Source: a bacterium
GTDB lineage: Bacteria > Patescibacteriota > Minisyncoccia > Phycocordibacterales > Phycocordibacteraceae
Reading direction: 5' to 3'
Length of the DNA: 63,856 bases
NCBI GenBank assembly: GCA_021824605.1
Contig: JAKAKH010000007.1
Span: forward strand, 1-63,856
A program made the translations under genes and the position numbers. Each line of letters begins with the position of its first letter. The stretch's first letter is position 1. Positions 59,258 through 63,856 of this stretch are shown piece after piece. Below the pieces are notes generated by a model. The model made no database searches. It was not told where the DNA came from and saw only the letters and a list, made by a program, of their open reading frames with translations.

Positions 59258-60826
59258 ATGAACACAATTACCAACTTAGATTTGTTGTGGGTCGGCATCT
59301 CAGTTGCAGGCGCTGGCACGCTTGGGTACTCAATATATTTCTCAGAACCAAAAAGTTCAACCGCACGTTTTTTCCTATTATTTGCAGTTATTGGTATCTT
59401 TTGGAATCTGGCGAATTTCGCAAGTGCGCGTGTCACAAATCCGGAAAATCTTCTTTGGTCAATCCGTCTAGTTATCTTTTGCGCCGGCTGGCTTGTCTTT
59501 TCGCTTCTGTTACTTTCAATACAGTTTCCAGAATCAAGGTCTGTGATTGAAAAGAGGACATTTCTTGCTCTTATCTTATGGACTTCTTTTGTTTCCATTA
59601 CAACTCTTACTTCATTTGTATATAGGTCGGCCATATCAACGAATTACGCAATCAGTACACAAACCGGTCCAGGTATCGTGATTTTTGCAGTCACCGTTCT
59701 CGGATATGTTGTTGCTGCAATTTTTAATTTCGGATTGAAATTTCTGAAAGCAAAAGGAGAACAGAGACGTCAGTTCGAGTTCGTACTTTCCGGTCTTTCC
59801 ATAACTTTTGTCTTCCTGGTTGTTTTTGAGTTGATATTTCCAGCATTTTTAAATGATCCGATTTTTGTGCCATATGGAGGTCTTTTCTTTTTGCCTTTTA
59901 TTGTCGGGACAGCCTATGCAATCCTGCAGTATCGATTGTTTAATCCGCGGGTTGCGTTCTTCGGTGCCATGACTTTCATACTTGCGACAGCAACATTCTT
60001 TGATGTTCTTTTGTCCAGCACGTTCGGGCAGGTGCTTTATCGCGTTACAGAGCTCATTCTTATACTTATTGCAGGAATGTGGCTTCTTAAGAGTATGGTG
60101 CGAGAGTTTGAACTCGAACGGGAATTACAAGAAATTAACAAGCGGCAAGAGACACTCATCCACTTCATCGGGCACGAGGTCAAAGGTTTCCTGACGAAGG
60201 CGGAGGGTGCGCTCGCCGAGCTTGTGGAGGGCGATTTTGGTGCCCTGTCTGACCCCGCGAAAGGGTTTGCTGAACGCGCACTCACCGAGGCGCGGCAGGG
60301 AGTCGATTCGGTGTCGAATATTTTGAAAGCGTCGAACTTGAAGAAGGGAACGGTGACGTATACGAAAGAGCCGTTTGATATGAAAGAGCTCGTTGCCGGC
60401 GTGATCGAACGAGCGAAACCAGCAGCGGAGAAGAAGGGCTTGGTGCTCTCGTATGCTGCAGAGGATGCGGAATATCAAGTCGTGGGGGATAAAGAGCAGA
60501 TCAATACCCACGTGCTGCGCAATCTTATCGATAATGCGATTAACTACACCCCGTCAGGTTCAATCACGGTCTCTCTCAAGAAAGAGAATGGCAAGGTTGT
60601 TTTCGCGGTGAAGGATAGTGGTGTGGGTATCACCGAAGAGGATAAGAAACGTCTCTTTACCGAAGGTGGTCACGGGAAGGATTCACAGACGATCAATGTG
60701 CACTCGACGGGGTATGGGCTCTACATCGCGAAACAAGTCACTGAGGCTATGGGCGGCACCATCCATGCTGACTCAGAGGGGGCGGGGAAAGGCTCGACGT
60801 TCGTCGCTGAATTTCCGGCAGAGTAA
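59258..60826 (+). CDS. Sensor histidine kinase with a multi-TM (7TM-like) input domain
   Basis: Many TMs; H-box HEVKGFL, NLIDNAINYT, DSGVGI, TGYGLYI. Confidence 0.92.
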   Translation: MNTITNLDLLWVGISVAGAGTLGYSIYFSEPKSSTARFFLLFAVIGIFWNLANFASARVTNPENLLWSIRLVIFCAGWLVFSLLLLSIQFPESRSVIEKRTFLALILWTSFVSITTLTSFVYRSAISTNYAISTQTGPGIVIFAVTVLGYVVAAIFNFGLKFLKAKGEQRRQFEFVLSGLSITFVFLVVFELIFPAFLNDPIFVPYGGLFFLPFIVGTAYAILQYRLFNPRVAFFGAMTFILATATFFDVLLSSTFGQVLYRVTELILILIAGMWLLKSMVREFELERELQEINKRQETLIHFIGHEVKGFLTKAEGALAELVEGDFGALSDPAKGFAERALTEARQGVDSVSNILKASNLKKGTVTYTKEPFDMKELVAGVIERAKPAAEKKGLVLSYAAEDAEYQVVGDKEQINTHVLRNLIDNAINYTPSGSITVSLKKENGKVVFAVKDSGVGITEEDKKRLFTEGGHGKDSQTINVHSTGYGLYIAKQVTEAMGGTIHADSEGAGKGSTFVAEFPAE

Positions 60827-60835
60827 GATTAGCCA

Positions 60836-61360
60836 ATGAACGATCACCCCGTATTTCATTCCCTTAAAGAAGCATACGCACTCCTTCAAGTATCTTCTCC
60901 AGGTGATCTCGCACGTAAATTCATTGAGGAAGATCAAAGGCTCTTAACCGCACAAGCATGGGACTATAAGAACTCTGGGCTTGTTCTGAATAAAGTGAAG
61001 GAAATAGTTGAAAGCGCACTCGATGGCGGGATTGTCTTGGATCAAGAGGATAATGATGATCTACGAGATATTTTGTGGTTTTGGTACCATCACGCTACTG
61101 GGTATGCAATTTGGGGTGATAAAGATAAGCTAAAAGCTCAGGAATTTTCTGAAAAGGCGCTCAAATATCAAATTGCCGATAATCCAAATCGAATCACCCG
61201 CCTACTCTATTTTCTCGTGCGTAGTAAAGACGCGGAAGCAACTGCTTGGCTTAAGACTATCATTAATGAGCCAGACAAGGGCATTTCCATGGAAATAATG
61301 AAAGAATATTTAGCCGGAAATTTTTTCAAATCTAAAACTTGCGTTCCTGTAGAGTTGTGA
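60836..61360 (+). CDS. Hypothetical helical protein
   Basis: 174-aa ORF with TAAGAT 6 nt upstream; no recognised motif. Confidence 0.6.
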   Translation: MNDHPVFHSLKEAYALLQVSSPGDLARKFIEEDQRLLTAQAWDYKNSGLVLNKVKEIVESALDGGIVLDQEDNDDLRDILWFWYHHATGYAIWGDKDKLKAQEFSEKALKYQIADNPNRITRLLYFLVRSKDAEATAWLKTIINEPDKGISMEIMKEYLAGNFFKSKTCVPVEL

Positions 61361-61417
61361 TACTATAAAAACGGTTGTTGATTCATGTGAATCAGCCGAT
61401 CTTTGTCAGGAGGCATC

Positions 61418-61993
61418 ATGCGAATCTTAAATGGGCGATCGCTTGATCTTCACGAGCTCAAGGAAGAAGATGTATCAACGCTCTATCTCTGGCGGAACTC
61501 GAGCGACTTCATCAGGCTGTGTTCAACTCGCCGGAACCTTGTTTCTCTTGAAGAATTTCGGACTGAACTACAGTCTGATCTGAAGAAAGACCGACACCGT
61601 CAATTCTTGATTAAGCGAAAGAGTGAATTTATCGGTACGATTTATTCCTACAATTTAAATCAAACTGATGGTCATGTTTTCGTGACGATCTTTATCGCCG
61701 AACCGTGGCGAAATAACGGTTATGGCGCGGAAGCCGTGATCGTGTTTCTCGAATACCTCTTCCGTGAGCATAGTCTCCACAAGGTATATGCCGAGGCCTA
61801 TAACTACAACACCGAGTCCCTCCATGCACTCGCGAGCGGAGGGTTCATCGAGGAAGGAAGGTTCGTGGATCACCGATTGTTCCATGGCAAACGCTACGAT
61901 CTCGTGCGACTTGCCTTCTTTAGAAGGCAAGTGAGTGAATCCTCGACACTCGTGGAAAGGGTCACTGGACGAGATCCGTCATATTGGTTGTAA
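61418..61993 (+). CDS. RimJ/RimL-type GNAT acetyltransferase
   Basis: aggagg SD; WRNNGYGAEA, YN..S...GF.EEG. Confidence 0.88.
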   Translation: MRILNGRSLDLHELKEEDVSTLYLWRNSSDFIRLCSTRRNLVSLEEFRTELQSDLKKDRHRQFLIKRKSEFIGTIYSYNLNQTDGHVFVTIFIAEPWRNNGYGAEAVIVFLEYLFREHSLHKVYAEAYNYNTESLHALASGGFIEEGRFVDHRLFHGKRYDLVRLAFFRRQVSESSTLVERVTGRDPSYWL

Positions 61994-62029
61994 ATTTTGC
62001 TCAACTAGAGCGGAAAGGAGGTGAGAGTT

Positions 62030-62238
62030 ATGAGTAAATTCAGCGACAGTAGCGGAACGTTCCGCAGTGGTACGGACAGTCGTGGAATGTCTCTTCGGAC
62101 CGTGTTGAACACAATGGTTCCAACAACCACGAGCACACGTGGTCGAAAACCGGCACCGATGGACAACACAAGGAAGGCTGGCACGGATCCAAGGCGGACA
62201 CATCCGGTAATCGCGGTAGCGACGACAGCAGCAAGTAA
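62030..62238 (+). pseudogene. Small Ser/Gly/Asp/His-rich peptide gene interrupted by a -1 frameshift near 62086 (~69 aa if restored)
   Basis: SD aaggaggtga + ATG; -1 frame has the same composition and stops just before the terminator. Confidence 0.55.
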
Positions 62239-62252
62239 TTCAGGCCCATTTC

Positions 62253-62293
62253 GGCGAGTAAAGTTCATCAATGGACTTTACTCGCCCTTTTTT
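62253..62293 (+). terminator. Intrinsic terminator
   Basis: ggcgagtaaagttcat-ca-atggactttactcgcc followed by a T tract. Confidence 0.85.
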
Positions 62294-62307
62294 ATACAAT
62301 GTCTCTG

Positions 62308-63615
62308 ATGAATTTCAATAAGAAGCTGTCAGACTTGTATTGGTCATTCAAAGACAGGAGGCCGGTAATCAAGTTCAATAGGAAGCCTGACTGTCATTTT
62401 TTGTATCTGCCAAGACATACTAAAAAGATATTCGTTGATATGTATATCAAGGCAGGAGCATTAGCCGAAAAAGAAGAACAGGCCGGTGTTGGACATCTCT
62501 TGGAACATTATCTCGCTACGCTTATAAGTAAAGAGCTCCCGAGAGGAGTAATTTTTGATGCAAAAATAAACGACTATTATATTGTCTTTTATTTAGAATC
62601 AGAGAACGAAAAAATTCTCGCTAATTTTATACAGAAATTCCTTGCTATACTTGCGAACCCAGATTTCTCTCATCAAGAGATATTCGACTACGAGAAGAAG
62701 TCGATCATCAACGAACTGGAAAAAGAAAAGAATAGCACAGAATTAAAACTGGAGAGATTAATCGAAAAGACCAGATATATTGATGAACCGAATGGACGGT
62801 CATTCGTCGACCATCTTCAAAGATTGGAAGACTTGAAAATCGAGGACATCGTCGCTTACCATAAAAATATCTTTACAAAAGAGAATGTAGAGATATTTGT
62901 GTCGGCAACAAAGTCGAACTCGCATATGTGCACCGCCATTAGCGATTCATTGCTCAAGTTACATTTGCCAGAAGGATTTGCGGTCTTTCCAAAACCGACG
63001 TATTCAGATTCTCAAATACAGACCTATAAAGAATCAGGCCTGTCTGGCAATTACATGGTAATGACATTTCCATCCATCAGCCGGTCAGCAAGCCTACGAG
63101 ATAAGATTGTTTTTGCACTGATGGTTGAAATCATTCGGGACAAGGATAGAAAAAATTTCTGGCAAAAGATCAGAGAGGCGGGCATCTACGATCTTAAGGT
63201 TACGTATAGTCAGGGTATCTATAATGGCTATCTCGCTCTGCAGAGTCATGTGAGTAAAGAACAGATCATGTTGTGGCTCGAAATCATTTGTAGCATGATT
63301 GGCGAATTAAAGGATGGAAAAATTGATCCACTTCTGTTCATAAATACGAAGAATAAGTGGGCTGACGATAGGTTGGCGTTCTGGCGAAGTAACGATGGGC
63401 GCTTCAGCATCTTGACGCAGAGTATTCTAGATCAAGAAGAGATCCCAAGATGCAAGACTGTCGAGGACATAGTTGCGTCTGTCAATAAACAGGATATAAG
63501 CGCAATGGCTCAAAAAACATTTGACAAGGGAAACATAAATCTCATCCTCTTCGGAGAAGATACGGGACTTGATCAGGATGAGTTGGGGCGTATGCTTATG
63601 CGCAACGGGAATTAA
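62308..63615 (+). CDS. M16-family (insulinase-like) zinc peptidase
   Basis: AG...E...GVGHLLEH (HxxEH), EK..IINE, IRE.G.Y; start 62308 or 62299. Confidence 0.85.
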   Translation: MNFNKKLSDLYWSFKDRRPVIKFNRKPDCHFLYLPRHTKKIFVDMYIKAGALAEKEEQAGVGHLLEHYLATLISKELPRGVIFDAKINDYYIVFYLESENEKILANFIQKFLAILANPDFSHQEIFDYEKKSIINELEKEKNSTELKLERLIEKTRYIDEPNGRSFVDHLQRLEDLKIEDIVAYHKNIFTKENVEIFVSATKSNSHMCTAISDSLLKLHLPEGFAVFPKPTYSDSQIQTYKESGLSGNYMVMTFPSISRSASLRDKIVFALMVEIIRDKDRKNFWQKIREAGIYDLKVTYSQGIYNGYLALQSHVSKEQIMLWLEIICSMIGELKDGKIDPLLFINTKNKWADDRLAFWRSNDGRFSILTQSILDQEEIPRCKTVEDIVASVNKQDISAMAQKTFDKGNINLILFGEDTGLDQDELGRMLMRNGN

Positions 63616-63676
63616 ATAGTGTCAGCTGCCACTGCCTCATTCCAGGCAACGTAAGGGAGTGGTACGATAAGACTCT

Positions 63677-63856
63677 ATGTCTTCTGAGATGGAAAAGTCG
63701 GCCCGAGTAGGGTCGGTCGTGCGGGCGTATGGCAAGGCCGCTTTTGCCTACCCATGGGCTCTCGGGCTTGCGGTCTTTGGAGCAATCACCATTGAGGTGG
63801 CTGGCGTTGTGGCGCCTCTGTACCTGCGACAATTCATTAATCTACTATCATCGGGT
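63677..63856 (+). CDS. N-terminus of a probable ABC exporter (TMD-NBD), truncated by the window edge
   Basis: MSSEMEK...YPWALGLAVFGAITIEVAGVVAPLYLRQFINLL, typical TM1 of ABC exporters; frame open to the end. Confidence 0.55.
   Translation, partial: MSSEMEKSARVGSVVRAYGKAAFAYPWALGLAVFGAITIEVAGVVAPLYLRQFINLLSSG

Noticed and set aside
62021..62308. 95-aa ORF-track protein as the true product
   Set aside because: Reads through an intrinsic terminator and changes composition after codon ~20; the frameshift model fits better, though it is unproven

Overview
Bacterial chromosome segment (translation table 11). Its gene content points to a Patescibacteria/CPR (Parcubacteria-like) genome: a compact pilM-N-O-pilB-RR-pilT-pilC-pilin locus, several TrmB-like regulators and patchy metabolism. 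This taxonomic call is inference. Bases 1-15.6 kb are GC-rich core genes: a type IV pilus operon, ligA, gatC, gatA and an initiator-type tRNA-Met. A long accessory region follows the tRNA. It holds (i) two copies of a ~300 bp structured module starting with the tRNA 3' end and bracketing a ppa/PAP2/MFS islet; (ii) an MvdC/MvdD-type ATP-grasp ligase with an unannotated 51-aa precursor peptide (graspetide RiPP); (iii) an array of small standalone genes; (iv) an efflux/MarR operon, a CstR-rhodanese-persulfide dioxygenase module, an ECF sigma factor, an ApbE/FMN-binding/RnfD-like flavinylation module and a glycerate kinase-ppsA-eno-dehydrogenase operon; and (v) an AT-richer cluster. That cluster encodes an aminotransferase, a PaaK-like ligase, two TrmB regulators, an unannotated 54-aa Gly/Cys/Asp-rich peptide, an S9 peptidase, a nitroreductase, a ThiF enzyme and a multi-TM histidine kinase, and is the best candidate for an undescribed peptide or oxazolone signalling system. 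Other oddities are a 158-bp palindromic element in-frame in a prepilin leader, tandem pilins sharing nucleotide-identical blocks, a probable leader-peptide attenuator, a frameshifted small-peptide gene and a window-wide signature of leaderless transcription. All calls come from reading the sequence and recognising motifs; no searches were run.
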